From assembly GCF_009914755.1 (NCBI RefSeq), contig NC_060934.1: a stretch of DNA of 64,000 nt. One strand, written 5' to 3'. Source of the stretch: the human T2T-CHM13v2.0 reference genome, Homo sapiens. The number at the start of each line of letters is the position of its first letter. Position 1 is the stretch's first letter. The notes under the pieces are model-generated. The model was not told the origin of the DNA. It was given only the letters and a program-made list of their open reading frames with translations, and searched no databases. A program made the translations under genes and the position numbers. Below, piece after piece: positions 15,954-33,531 of this stretch.

Positions 15954-16833
15954 ATGTTGCTTTTAATCAAATGGCATAATGGCTATAAAAGGGCTTAAGA
16001 AAATGAAAGCATGACTGAAGGGGGTTATTATGAACATCATTGGCATTAGAACAGCATTTCCACATCAGAGGCCATGTGAGAGAGGATGAACTGGGGCTGA
16101 GCCACTGAAGGAGGGTGCTGCGGAGGGGAGGGCACACAGAGACCCCACCCAGTGCCCAGGTTGTCTGGGCAGGTTAGACCACTAGCTGGAGTTGAGGCTC
16201 GGCTCTCTGAGGTCCTGATGAGACAGGAGACACATAATCGCTGCAAGAGGAAGGAGAGACCGCTTCCTGACCTCAGCAGAACCCAACCTCCTGGGGTTTG
16301 CTGTTTGCAGAAGGCACCTATCAGACCCCTGGTTCCCTGGTGGTGAGGGCCCTGGCAGGCTGGGCTGACAGGGAGCAGCGTGTTTGTTCTGGAAGGCATA
16401 GAGAGGCTGTGCTGAACATGGCTGTCTAGTGGGCCCTGCTCACTCCTGTGAAGAGGTCTCTGTGAAGCCAGGGGACTCAGGGAGGAAAAAGTACACAGAG
16501 GGCCAGAGCCGAAGGGTCTGAGACCGCCTAGGCTGGTAGGTGAGAACTGGAGAGGGAGAGCTTGTGGCCTACAGTGGCCTGGCTAGTTCAGAGCTGCACT
16601 GTGGTGAAAGCCAAGGCCGTCTACCTGCCAGGGAAAGCAAGTGTCCCACCCAGCACCCGGTAGGCAACAGGGCCTCAAAATGTCTACCTTCCCAGGCCCC
16701 ATGTCCTTTGCTCAGGCATCTCAGACAGAAAGCCCAAGCTTCTCCTCCCACCTGTGAAGGTCGACTCCAGAGTCCTGTGGCCCATGAGCGCCTCGTGCAG
16801 CAGCCCAGGGCCAGGTGGGCCAGGCCCACTCAC

Positions 16834-17001
16834 CTACGATCTCGTTCTCCTCCAGGTTGATGGTCTCCAGCGCCGGCAGGGCGGTAAGCTGCTCAGGGAA
16901 GTCCTGGAACTGGTTCCGGGACAGGTCAATGGCCTTGAGGTGCTGCAGGGCACTGACCTCGCTGGGGAGGCGGTGTAGGAAGTTCCCCTCCAGGTGGAGC
17001 T
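16834..17001 (-). CDS. LRRC20: LRRC20 internal coding exon (168 nt, phase 1-1): (E)LHLEGNFLHRLPSEVSALQHLKAIDLSRNQFQDFPEQLTALPALETINLEENEIV
   Basis: Three LxxLxLxxN-type LRR cores in ORF 16721..17059. Acceptor CTCCTTCCCTGCACGTGGCAG|AG at 17002 and donor GTAG|GTGAGT at 16833. Confidence 0.96.
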   Translation of the reverse strand, partial: SSTWRGTSYTASPARSVPCSTSRPLTCPGTSSRTSLSSLPPCRRWRPSTWRRTRS

Positions 17002-18119
17002 CTGCCACGTGCAGGGAAGGAGAGAGAACAGGATGAGGAGGGGGCCACCCCGAGACCACAGTGACTGCCCGCTGTGGCTCTCACCCTGCCTGGGCCAGGA
17101 AGGCACAGAGGAAGCCCTAGGCCACAGAGGGAGCCCCGCACAGGGCTGATTCCATGTTTATTTGTGCTAGAGGAGGGGTCACCCTCCTACCGCTGCCCGG
17201 GGCCTGCCACCTGTCACTCCAGCTGAGGCTGCCTGCTGCTGACTTTGGAATGGAAGGCTCTCCCAGCAGAAGCCTGGGCCTCAGCGAGGGGTCAGGAGGT
17301 GCTGGCTCCTCCCTCAGACAAAGCCTCAACTCCGGGCCCTGACGGGGCAGGTCAGGATGGGCAGCCTCTCCCCCTCGGGGCTCCCCACACTCCATTTAGG
17401 GGACACCACTCTCCATGGCCCTCCCTGCTCAAGGAGCCACCAGGGGCAGCCACATTCTTTCAGTGTCATGTGCCCCTTCTCCCCTGGCCAACCACAGCTG
17501 ACCCAATGTGGGTGGGTTCCTGCTCCGAGAGCAGCTGCTCTGAAAGCTGGCCAGCGACCTGTGCAGGGACCTGTGTGGGAAGGCAGCTGGGCCGGGGGAG
17601 TCCCTCTGCTGGGAACCCGGCTGAGGCAGTACCAAGAGATGGGGCCAGATATAGTGTGGGCTGAAGCTGAATCTAGTGAGAGAAGCCGGGCGCCCACAGG
17701 GCCCTGTGCAGGGAGGAGAGCTGGGGGGCAGGAAGCAAGGGCAGCAGGTGGTGGAGGAGCACAGCCCAGGGCTGATGGGAGGAGGAACTGGAGTCCCCAT
17801 GCTTGGGTACACACCAGCCGTGCCCCTACTTTCACTGTTCTTCCTTAGGACGTTATTTAATCCCCGCAGAAAGGACATCGTCTCACCTGTAGCAAGGAGC
17901 TAACATCATAATGCCTGTCTCTAGGGCTGTGAGAGGATTAAGTCTGTGAACACAGGTGAAGCAGCATGACAGGGAGAGGTAGAGGTGAGGCCCCAGGGGC
18001 TGTCCAGTCCCCATCCAGGTGTGGCCTTACAGTGAGTCTCTCCCCACCCTGTCTGACCCGAGGGAAACTGAGGCCCAGAAATGCTGAGTAACCTGAAGAA
18101 TGTCCCCCAGTTCTTCTCC

Positions 18120-19138
18120 CAGGGCTGGCTTTGTGGGCATGGGGCCAGTGTATTCACATGAGGTCTCATGATCAGAAGGGCCCCGCACTTGGGGTGGAAT
18201 GCCTTGTATGGCCATCTTGAAAGTCTTAATAATTTTATCCTTGAATCTGAGTTTTGTCAGTGGAGCTGGGTCATGGAGTCTGAGCTCACACATGATCCGA
18301 TCTCCTACTGCCTTCCCAGGATAGCGGCCTGCTCTCCCGCCTGGCCTCCCCCTCCCATCCCTGTTCTGCAATGATACTGCACCCTCCACCTCGGCAGGGA
18401 GGGTCAGAATCAGGCTTGTGTTCCATGTGTCTCAGGGTGGAGCACGCAGGCAACAGCTCTCCCTCACCCTCACCCAGGGCCACTGGGGCTTAGCAGGAGT
18501 GAGCCTCTTACCCACCCCTGAGCTAGGCACTGAGCAGGTCCTGACGAACAGGTTTAAAGAGCCTTGGAGTTGCCTGCCTGCCAAGGCTGAGGGTGGTGGA
18601 CTCTTAGGCAGGGAAGACCTGGCTCAGCTTCCTCAGATCACCCCAGGCCAGGGTGGAAGGCAGTCAGTCCAGCATCTGGTAAGGGCAGAAACCTAGCAGC
18701 TGTCAGGCCTGAGGGTGGTTGCGTGGGTGCCCTGCACTGTGGACGGGGCCCCCGGGCCCTCTGAGTCTGTCCTTCCTCCCTTCTGCCTTCCAACCTTTCT
18801 GAGTCTGGTTTGAGTTTGTCCTTCTGGCCTACTCCAGGCACCTCCCGAGAAAATAAGCCACAAAATATGAATTTCATGATTCTACACATGATTTTAATGC
18901 TCTCATAATTGCACTTAAAACTGGCATTCCACAACATAAAGATAAATGGTAAAATTCATGCTCAATTTTGATCTTTCCTTACTTAGAACAACATGAAATA
19001 GTAAATGAAAGGCACCATGACATGCTGAGAGAGGCTGTAAAAGAAAGGGAAAATCTTCCTATGTAACTTTTAGAAAAATGACCCCTAATTTCTGGAGTCA
19101 TTTCTCTCTGTGCCCCACCAATTTTGCAGCTGGCCCTG
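18120..19138 (+). mobile_element. MER45-family (MER45B/C-like) hAT DNA transposon
   Basis: Terminal inverted ends CAGGGCTGGCT / AGCTGGCCCTG and the internal AGAAGGGCCCCGCACTTGGGG...CTTGAAAGTCTTAATAATTTTATC signature. Confidence 0.65.
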
Positions 19139-19266
19139 CCCCTCCCTCAGTGCTCCATGCCTGCTCTTCCACAGCCCCACAATGCAGCTGCTCTGAGGTC
19201 CCCACAGCCCCTCCCAGGTATCCCTACAGTGAAAACTGACCCCTGCCCCCTTCCCAGCGCCTCTGT

Positions 19267-19268
<2 letters not shown>

Positions 19269-19312
<44 letters not shown>
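19269..19312 (+). repeat. (AC)22 dinucleotide STR
   Basis: Direct reading. Confidence 0.95.
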
Positions 19313-19316
<4 letters not shown>

Positions 19317-19626
19317 GCGCCTGGGTACCAGCCCCACTGCAAATGCCCTGCTCCAGCACACTGGGGTTCTTGGGAGGAACTACATCTGATTCATCTTTGT
19401 CCCTACATCCAGCCTCTTGCAGGCACCTTGTGTCACTCAGAAAATATGTGATAAATAATGACTCTTCTCCCCTCAGGAGGCAGACAGTGCAGGGGGCCTG
19501 GACTGCCTTCCATTTTTCCATCTTCAGGGACGTCGGAACCCAAGGTTCCATCAACAGGTCCAGTGCTCGCTTCACGCAAACCCAGGCTTCCCCTGGCAGC
19601 CAGGTTCTTGAATAGCCACACCTTAA

Positions 19627-19936
<310 letters not shown>

Positions 19937-20132
19937 AGACATGTTCAGAATTTTTTTAAATGGGCTTTTATCAAACCAACTCAGGCATGAGTCTAATTGT
20001 ATTCCCACAGTGGCTGAGAAAAATAAGAAGCATCTACCCCTGGAGACATTTCCAAGAGCCTGTTGGGAGCTTGCCCCTGTCTGCAGTCTTGGGGGTCATG
20101 GCCGATGCGGCCGTGGAAGCTAATGTGGGGGC

Positions 20133-20270
20133 TGTGATGGTTAATTTTATTTATCAACTTGAGTAGGCTAAGGGATGCCCAGACAGCTGGTCAAACATGA
20201 TTTCTGGATGTTCTGTGAGGTTTTCTGGAGGATATCAGCAGTTAAATCAGTGGACTGAGTAAAAAGATCT
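20133..20270 (+). mobile_element. MLT2-type ERVL LTR 5' fragment
   Basis: TGTGATGGTTAATTTTATTTATCAACTTGAGTAGGCTAAGGGATGCCCAGACAGCTGG start, truncated by an Alu. Confidence 0.65.
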
Positions 20271-20272
20271 CA

Positions 20273-20573
20273 GCCAGGCTCAGTGGCTCACGCCTGTAAT
20301 CCCAGCAGTTTGGGAGGCTGAGGCAGACGGATCACTTGAGATCAAGAGTTCGAGACCAGCCTGGCCAACATGGTGAAACCCCATCTCTATTAAAAATACA
20401 AAAATGAGTCAGGCAGGGTGGCACGTGCCTGTAATCCCAGCTTCTTGAGAGGCTGAGGCACAAGAATCCGAGGCACGAGAATCCCAGGAGGCAGAGGTTG
20501 CAGTAGCTGAGATCGCACCACTGCACTCCAGCCTGGGCTACAAAGTGAGACTCTATCTAAAAAAAAAAAAAAA
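20273..20573 (+). mobile_element. Alu
   Basis: Alu consensus with an internal 15-bp duplication GAGGCACAAGAATCC/GAGGCACGAGAATCC and a poly-A tail. Confidence 0.9.
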
Positions 20574-21160
20574 GTAATAATGATAACTAACGCTTATTAC
20601 TATGCTAATAGAGCACTACTACATTCGAGGCACTTGTTCTGGGGATTTACATGTAATCATCATTGTGATTTTTCTCTAACCCATTACCATCAATTTACAA
20701 AGAGGTGAAATAACTTGCCCAAGGTCACAGAAACCCCAACCTCTCCCCAAGGTATGTGACGTTCCTCTCCCAACCCCCAAACCAGGATGTGAACCCCAGC
20801 CAGCCGTGTCCAGAGCCTGACTCCTCATCTCGTCCATCACTGTCCTGTCTCATGGGCTCTGCATTTGTCCCCTCCCTAAGAGAAGCAGGCCACGCTGGCA
20901 CCTCACTTCATCCAGTTTTACACGCCTAATCCCTTCAATACCTGTTCTCAGAATACATAACCATTAAATCCTTGCTTGTTCAGTGGCCAAAGAATGACAA
21001 GAGGAGAACCAGGAAGGACCTGGTTATGTTCCAACTCATCAGGTGTCCTTGGGCCCATCCTCTCTCCAGGTGGCCTCATGAGAAGGTCTTTCCTGCCTAT
21101 TTATCGCAGGCTGTGATGATGAGCTAAGAGGGCTGTGAAAGGCAGGATGAGCTACACAAG

Positions 21161-21236
21161 TCACATATTTACTAAGCACCTACTATATGCTCAGCCTAAT
21201 CACATATTTACTAAGCACCTACTATATGCTCAGCCT
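21161..21236 (+). repeat. Perfect 37-bp direct duplication (period 39)
   Basis: TCACATATTTACTAAGCACCTACTATATGCTCAGCCT at 21161-21197 and 21200-21236. Confidence 0.95.
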
Positions 21237-21260
21237 TGTAACTGAATGTAAAAAGGGTAA

Positions 21261-21900
<640 letters not shown>

Positions 21901-22329
21901 AGAGATAGAAGACACATGACACTTGGTTCCTGGATTATGGAACCTTTGCAGAAACAAAATTCAAAGCCAACATGATAGCAGGAATCAAAAGGGAAAATAA
22001 GAGAGGGTCAGTGCAACTGTGACACATGGATTGCAGGAAGCCAGTCAGAGCCAATGATGCCAACACAGTCTCCACTTACTCAAAAAATATTACTCAGCAC
22101 CTACCACAGGGCAGGCTCTGCTAGACAGCGGGAAATCGTGGCAATGAGACAGACTAGATCCCAACCTTAACAAGCTTACAGACAAGTGCAGGGAGAAATA
22201 GTAAACAAGAAAAGAAGGTTATTTCAGATCGCTAGGAAGGCATTTGAGGTCAGAGTGAAAAAAACCAGTTCGGCAAAAAGCCCAGGGAAAAGCTATCTTC
22301 TTCTTCTTGTTGTTTTATGGCAGTGGTTA

Positions 22330-23395
<1,066 letters not shown>

Positions 23396-25309
23396 TAGGT
23401 TTTGAGTGGGAACCAAACCATGGAGCTGCTTCTAGGCCCCCTCCCCAAGGGAGGGCAAAGACAGCAGGTTCCTGGGGATGGATGTCCCACCCCTGTCAGT
23501 CACCCACTTGTCCAACCCCTAGGGCTTTATGAATGTCAATGTATGTGCCAAATTCCACCAAAATTGTTAGAGTAAATCTCCAGGTAGCCAAATCTGAGCT
23601 CCATGGGAAGGAAGCATTCCACAGAAAGGCCTTGAATTAGACAGAATGGGGCATGCATCCTGATGGGGTGGGGAGGCACCGGCAAGAGAGCAAGTTCTTC
23701 CCAGCCATCCAGCTTCACTTCTCAGAAGCCACGGCCCAGCAGGGTCTCTGAGTTGCTTCTGCTCCCACTGTGGTTTCCACTGCTCTACCCAAGCTGCCTG
23801 CGTCACAAGCTCCACAAATCCTCTGTGCGGTAAGGTGAGGTATATATACACAACCAGTTAAAAACAGCCTCTTAGCATTAGCTGAGAAGCAGGTGACCAC
23901 ACCACCTGCTTCCATGGCAAAGAGCCTGACCGGGGACCCGGGGACCCTGAACTGAGGTCTCGCCCTACATCTTCCTGGAGGCAGGTCAGAAAAGCCACTT
24001 CTCCCTTCTGAGCCTCAGGGTCCCCATCCGTGAAGACGTGGACTTGGGGATCTCTCCAGTTCTGTTCTCACTGAAATTCCTTGTGGAGAGAGATTCCTAT
24101 GACTGGACCATCATCCTGACTACTTGGCCAGAGACCTCTCTTGTCTACAACTAAGCCCCCCAGTGTCTTCACCATCACTGTATCAGAAGCATCACTCATC
24201 AAGAATCTTGCATGCACCAAACCCTACACAGGGCACCTTATAAGCAATATCTCCAACCTCACAAAATCACTATGGAGTAGATGTTTCCCCATTTCTCAGA
24301 TAAGGAAACTGAGGCCACGAAGGCCAACTGGGGCCAGCAAGGCTGCTGATGCCTTGGCTTTCTTTTTATCTCTTATATGGCCCCAAACCAGGCATTTAAG
24401 GTTTTCTCTGTTGTTTCCAGTTCAGAGGAAGAATAAAAGTGTGGCCAAAGCCCCAGCCACGGGATCGGCCAGTGTGTTGGGCTTCCAGCCCAACACAGCC
24501 ACAGCCACGTCTGGCTTTGCTTCTCACCTCTGGAGTCACAGCACCCAGGCCATCTGCCCAAGGTCTTACTGCCCCCTCTTCTGGACAGAGAGGGCTGAGA
24601 TCTTCTGGTCCCAGAAGACTGCATTAGGGGTTCCAAAGATTCTTCCTGCACCAGGCCAGGGTTCAGAGTGGAACAACCAGGGCTCCCAGGATGGACCGGG
24701 GCTCTGGAAAAAGATCCCACTCCATTCCACTCCCAACGTTGTACCCAGCCTGAGAGCAGCCCCCATCATGACATTTCCTTATTGATTAAACCTACTGAAC
24801 TGTGGTTTCCGGTGTCTGTTAAATGGACCTCTTCTTCCCCAAGTTCCTCTTATTACTTCCTGTACCATCCTTATCTTGGACAATTGCCAAGGCTGACTCA
24901 GAGGCCTTAGATTAACCCCAGCTGAGAGAGAAGCTTGCCAATTCCATTAGGGGACAGACAAGGCTGGCCTGCAGTAATTATACAACCCATGCTCGAAGGA
25001 ATGTGCCAACTCCAAAAATACCTGCTCACCAAACCTCAATCAGCACCTCGGCTCTGAACCTGCGGCAATGAGCAATCACAGTCCCTGACTGCACGGACTC
25101 CCCAGCAGGGCAGAGTCAGACGGTCAGGTGGGCAGTGTCCTTCCACCAGCCCATGCTCAGTGCTGAGGAGGCTTCACACAGAGACAGCTGCTGCCCACAG
25201 GGGTCAGAGGGCATTTCCAGATGCCACACTCACTCCTTGGGGGTGGACAAGGGGAAGGGCAGAAAAAGCACTTTTAACAAGGTCTGGAACAGACTAAAAT
25301 GAAGTACTA

Positions 25310-25729
<420 letters not shown>

Positions 25730-26773
25730 TTATAAATGCTACTATTATGAAGTATATTTATATTTACATAGGCATGGAATATCTCCAGTACTGCTAATGG
25801 TGGTTGTCTCTGGACACGGACTTGGATGTCTGGGGACAGGAGTAGAAGAGCAGACTTATTTTTCCCCACTATCCTTTCAATCCTCAAAATATCACATTGT
25901 GTGCATCTACTGCCTAATCAAAAATAAATAAGTAAATAGGATACGTTTTTCAAATGAAGACTTAGAGCTCTGCAGGTGTGGCAGAGACATAAACAGCAAC
26001 AAGAGAGGTGCTTGGGAATGGGTAAGAAGAGCAGAGGCAGGTATGGAAACATCTGAATCGCAGAGCTGGGAGCAAAGGAGAGCTGCACTTAGAGCCTGGA
26101 AGAGGGAAGTGAAGGGAAACTGCAGTCTTCTGCCTTACAGGGTTGCAAGAAGTGTTAGCTTGGGCTCTGGAGGACAGAGGTACCAGAGGCTCAGAGCCAC
26201 ACGGTCCTGGTGTTCCAGGTGTACCCTCCTCCCCCAACACACTGTACAGAATTCTGGGCTGGGGGGTGCAAGGGGGCTGTTGAGGTCTGCTGGTTTCTAG
26301 GGGTGGTTAAGACCCAGGATGGAAGCGATGCTCTCCTGCTGGTGCAGCAGCAATCCATCTCCAGGCTGCCCCAACTCCCCTTCATAGGGAATTTAACTTA
26401 TTTTTTGTAGCTCTGTAGGTTGGTTGGTCTCTGCTGGGCGGTTCTTCTGCTATATGTAGTAGAGCCTCAAAATGCCCTCTGACCTCAGTGATCCCATCTC
26501 TGGGATTCTACTAAGGATGCTGAAGCCCATGATGCTTGGGTTCCTTAACACTGCTAGGAAGGGCTGACCCACTGCCCAGAAGCAGCCATGCAGGGGTCAC
26601 AAACAGTTTGGCCTTTGCTTCACTGAGGTCATCCAGGTAGCTCCAGGGGTGGGGCACCCTTGAGGACTGATGGCAAAAACTGATGCAGAAGGCCACAACC
26701 TTGTCACTGCCTTGGTACCAGGTAAGAACTCTTGATCATCTGCAATTGGGGTCTGCCCCTTGTGCATAACTCA

Positions 26774-27299
<526 letters not shown>

Positions 27300-29251
27300 C
27301 TATTAGAAAAAGTAAACCCAGTGGGCTGAAGTGAAGTAGGAAGCTGGGGAGGAACAGCACACTGTGACCCCAACACCCCAACAGCCTTTCTGAGGACGGT
27401 TCCCTTGCTCCCCGGGTTTGGAAATGTAATGTGCCCAGGGGACACTCCCCGTCTCCTCCCTTCCCAGAACTCCAGAAAATAGTAACTCCTGTGGGGCACT
27501 GACATACACTGTTCACTGGCACACCCCCTTCCCACCCCCAAATACCGCCTAAGACTCCTGACCACACGTGGACAGCAGCAGCTTTGATGGCATGGCCTGA
27601 GGAACAGAGGGACCCACCCCGTCCTCACCACCCTGGCCTGTTAGGATGAACTCAGTTGCTTTAACCTAGCTTCTCCATGCCCTCTGCCCACACCCACCCC
27701 CAGGCACCAGGCATGTAGGGCCCTTGGAGCAGGAAGACCACTCCCCAAAGTGTGCAGAGAGGAGCCAAGGCTGAGGCGTGGCCCCCTCTGGCACCAAGGC
27801 GGTTGCCAGAGGTAAAGATAAAGCCTGGTGCCTCCCTCCTGACTGTCCTAATTGCTGAGATAATGAGGAAAATTGCCCCATTTTCTCTGGCAGGCACCAG
27901 GAGCTGCTGCCTGGAGAGCCCTGTGGTGAGGGTAAGGGGCAGCCCAGTGAGCAGCCAGGAGCCCTCTGCAGACAGGCTCCCCCCAGGTGTCATGCACCCT
28001 GTGGGCTCACCCTGGGCACATCTCCGAGGTCACCCCTGGGAGGGCCTGGCTCTGAGGAGGAAACCACACTTCTTCCCGGAGTTTATGGCTGGCTGGCATC
28101 TCCCTGTCAGGGACAGTGTAAAGAACACACACTTGGGGAAACAGAAAGAGGCAAGAAGCCTGGTGCTGCTGAAAAATCAGAGAAAATGAGCCACGAGCCC
28201 CAGGGAACTTCTCAACTCCACATTGCTGGATGCTCCCCAACTACTCACAAGCCCTCTGGGGCCCAGTTCCACCAGGCTGTGTTACCTCCAGATGCAGGGT
28301 CTTGGGGTCAGCAAGTCTCCATGGAGGCCCCAGGCTGGCCGACTGGAGCAACCCACCTCCCAGTCCGCCCGCCCGCGCCCACACACAGCTGCTCCCGACC
28401 AACCAAAGCCGCTCCCCTGCCCTGCAGCAGCCCCAGCAGCCAGCTCCGGCTGCCCTGGCCCAGGCCCAGGCTCTTGAGATGAGGGAACTCATCGCTTTGG
28501 AGGGCAGAAGGAGCTCGCAACCTCCCTTATGACTTGGCTTCAAGGCCCTGCCTGTTCCGTGCCTTCCTGGCCTGGCCTCACACAGCTTCTCCCTGCTAGG
28601 ATGCTTCTCTGCCTTTTCCACAGGGCCTATCCCCTCCCAACCTCCCAGAACTCTTCCCAAACATTCCCACCCAGGCAGATGACTCCTTCCAGCCAGTCCC
28701 TAACAACACACCATCCCTCCGCTCTGTAACACTCAGTCTTCTACCATTTTTCTAGTTATTTCCCAAACATAACTTTCACTGTCCCAAAGATGCTTTAGAA
28801 ACTCCTTCTTATTTACCTGGTAAACTCCTACTTATCTGTCAAATCCACATTTTAAGCCATTTCCTCTGGAGGCTTTCTGATTCCCTAATTACTGAAAGCA
28901 AAACTGACTTCCAACACCTGGACACCCACAGACCGTGGACAAACGTCTGCTGCACCGCCCCTCACATTATGACATGGTGTCTGCTCATAAACCTGCCTCC
29001 CCTGCAAGATCAGCAAGATGAGGGGCTCCTCCGGGGCCACGTCCAGTTCTCAGTTTTCTTATCATTTCCAAATGACACGGCTGCTATCAGGACTAAATGA
29101 CATGATACAGGGAGAATGCTCAGCATGGAGCCGGGAGAGCTGAGCACCTTGTGAATTTGGGCTCTGCTGTTATCACTCACCCGTGCATTCCCACAGCCAC
29201 ACCGAACCCAATGCTTGTGGGAATCTGCTGGATTGAGTTGACGGGCAGGGA

Positions 29252-29781
29252 TGTGAGAGACTGAATATACAAACAGGCAATGACCAGGCCAAATATAAAA
29301 ACAGAACTCCACTCACAACCCGCAGCAGCCTGCCCAGGAAACCAACCCATGATCTACAGTAACCAGCCAGGATGCCAGCCTGCCATATGTCAGATTTGTA
29401 GGAAGTCAGACTGCTATCTCTAGCAATCATTCAGGAAGCTAAACAACAATCCCTATAACAACTGGTCCCAAATGGCTGGGACTCAATTAACAACTAACAG
29501 CTTCCTGATTTTTGTCCCCACTTCCAATTAAGGACCAACAAAAGAAAGCCAATATGCCCTCCTTGTCAATCACAGAGGATGCTCCGCCTCTAGTTAGAAC
29601 TCCCCCGTGCCAACAATCAGAGAGTACCTGAAGTCTTCCCTTTTTTCCACTCTACCACTCTGCTGCCTGCCTTTGAGTCTCTGCCAACACACAAGTGATG
29701 GTGGCTGACTCCTTCACTGTAGCAAGCTCCGAATACATAGCCTGTGCTTTTCTCATTTGGGTGGTCTTCGTTTATTGCCAT
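29252..29781 (+). mobile_element. Old ERV1-class solo LTR (MER31/MER67-like, family tentative)
   Basis: LTR-like composition: TG start, repeated CCAGGAA/CCAGCC motifs and the CTTTGAGTCTCTGCCAA...GTAGCAAGCTC 3' portion. Confidence 0.5.
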
Positions 29782-31460
29782 AGGTGTGTCTCCTACACCT
29801 CTGGCCTGGCAGTCCCAGGACACACTCACTAAAAAGAGCTAAGACTTGAGGAAGAGGGGAAACAGGGATACAGGAGCAGAAGGGACAGAAGAGCCACAGC
29901 AGGACATGGGGACCCACTCTCTGCAGGGCCCACCTGCCATCAGACCAATTCCATGTGTGCCCTTGGCTTTCTCATGTCTTATTTTTTCCTTCCATAAAAT
30001 GGATGAAGGACATCAAGGGGATGGAATCACCTAGAGATGACCCACCCCTGCCAGGGCCTTGGGCCTTGCAGAAGAGTCCCCAGGGCAGCCCCAGGAGACA
30101 TTGTGGCAGGCAGGGAGGAAGCAGCTTGTTCTCTCCCCAGCACTAAGGCAGCCCACCTCTGCAAGCACCCAGAGGAGGACAGAGCAGGCCTGCTGAGCTC
30201 AGCCAGGCCTATTTAAGCCTCCTCTTCACACATAAAAGAAGAGGGCTTTTCTATTTGAAAGAGAAACCACAACAAAGGCTCAGGCCCAGAGCCATCTCTC
30301 AGGGTAGGGGGAGAGCCCAACAGGGTGCTCAGCTCCCACCCTCCCTGCTGCCACCGCATCCCTCAATCCGCTGCCTCTGTGAATTCAATTAGCAGGCACT
30401 TTGTGATTTGAGGCAGCGTGAGGGAGTCAGGAGCCACTGGCAGCAGAGAAGGAGTTCAAACAGCAACTTCAGCAGACTTCTAACCAGAAGGTGCTACGTA
30501 AATACATTTCCGCATCCCACAGATGCATGGGCTAAGTAGCATTTCTCTGGCACCTTTCCCCATGCCCTCTGGGGAGGGCCTACTTACTCATCCCACAAGG
30601 CTCTCCCCAGATGTCAAGCAGTTTCAAAGCTCTTGCATCCATACCCAGGCCCTTCCCATGCCACTCTCAGGAAGAATTCATTCCTCTTCCCAGCAGTCCC
30701 TTCCAGCATTTTGTCCATACCCGTATCACAGCACTGGGTGGTGAGGACAATGTGTCCTGCAACCCTGGTCTCCTCAGGGGGAGACCCTGGTGGATTGGCC
30801 TTTGTTTCTGGGCCTCCGGACCTAGGTCTGGGAGACGCAGGTGTTCAAGGGAAGGTCTAATGAAGTAAAAGCACAAGTGAACTCTCCTCTTACCCAAAGG
30901 GCCTGACTGTGCCCTTTCTGAGGGCCCGGACAGCCCCACCCTCCATTTTCAATCATTCTATCCTCCTCGGGAAAGCAAACATCCAATCCCAATTGGCTGA
31001 GTACAGCACTAGAGGACCCTGGGACAAACACAGGTGGCCTGGAAAGTTCCAGACCTGGAAATCCTGCTCTAGGAGCCTCTCCCTGTCCTCCAAGTCATAG
31101 GGATTTTAGCTTTTCAGGCACAAATGCAACAAACTCTGTGAGCTTCACTCAGAAACAGCTATGTAGACTAATCCCTCCTCCTTGTCCTTCTGTTTGCATG
31201 GTGGCCTTTCCAAGTCCTGCCTGTAGCTCCCTCCTGAGCCACTGTCCCTGCACTGTGTTTGCCACTTCATGCACCCTCTCCCTCCTGGCCTGCCCAATGC
31301 CCACACCTCCTCTAGGAAGCTTGCCTAGCCTAAAGTCAGCCCTATGAGATAGGCTTGCTCGGGTCCCTCATGCATCATCAGCATTTCATGTATTTCTTTC
31401 TCTAAACAGGATCTTAGACCCTTTTCATATCCCTATCACGTAGAGCATTCCTAGATCCTA

Positions 31461-32495
<1,035 letters not shown>

Positions 32496-32735
32496 TGAAG
32501 CAGGATCTGCCCCCCTAGGCTTCCTGTGCCCTCCGCAATTCTCCCACTCCACTCGTTCACAAACGTACAACAGGCGCCCATGCCACAGCTCTGTCACATG
32601 GGTCACTGAGCAGCAGTGACCTCTCGTAGAAGGATGGAGAGACTGCTCTCTGGAGAAGAGGGCAGGCACTGCAGCAGTCAGGCCACACTGCTTGTCCATC
32701 CAGAGGAACCATTTCTAGAGCATCTACGAGGCTCA

Positions 32736-33210
<475 letters not shown>

Positions 33211-33531
33211 TCAAGACTACTGGGAAATAACAACTCCCAGGGCCTCAGGACCCAAACACCCTGCTGGTCTGTTCAGAACAAGAGAATCACTCCAGGAACC
33301 ACACCCTTGATCCTTGTTCAATCTGCTTCACAGCCAGCTAGAGGCAGAAGTGACCTACAGAGTTCCAAGCTGCAGGGAGAACACAGGTCCATTTTCAAAG
33401 TCAACCCATGGGAATGATTTCATGGGTGTCGCTGACCAGGGACCAGCTCTGGTGGCACTCCCCAGACAGGGTCAGAGCCTGAACGATGAGAGCTGGCCAT
33501 GCCCTCCTGGCTGGAGCTGACCAGGGCCTAC

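Noticed and set aside
24141-24785. Longest ORF in the window (214 aa, + strand)
   Set aside because: Non-ATG start, overlaps MIR-like sequence, no recognisable domain, and antisense to the host intron.
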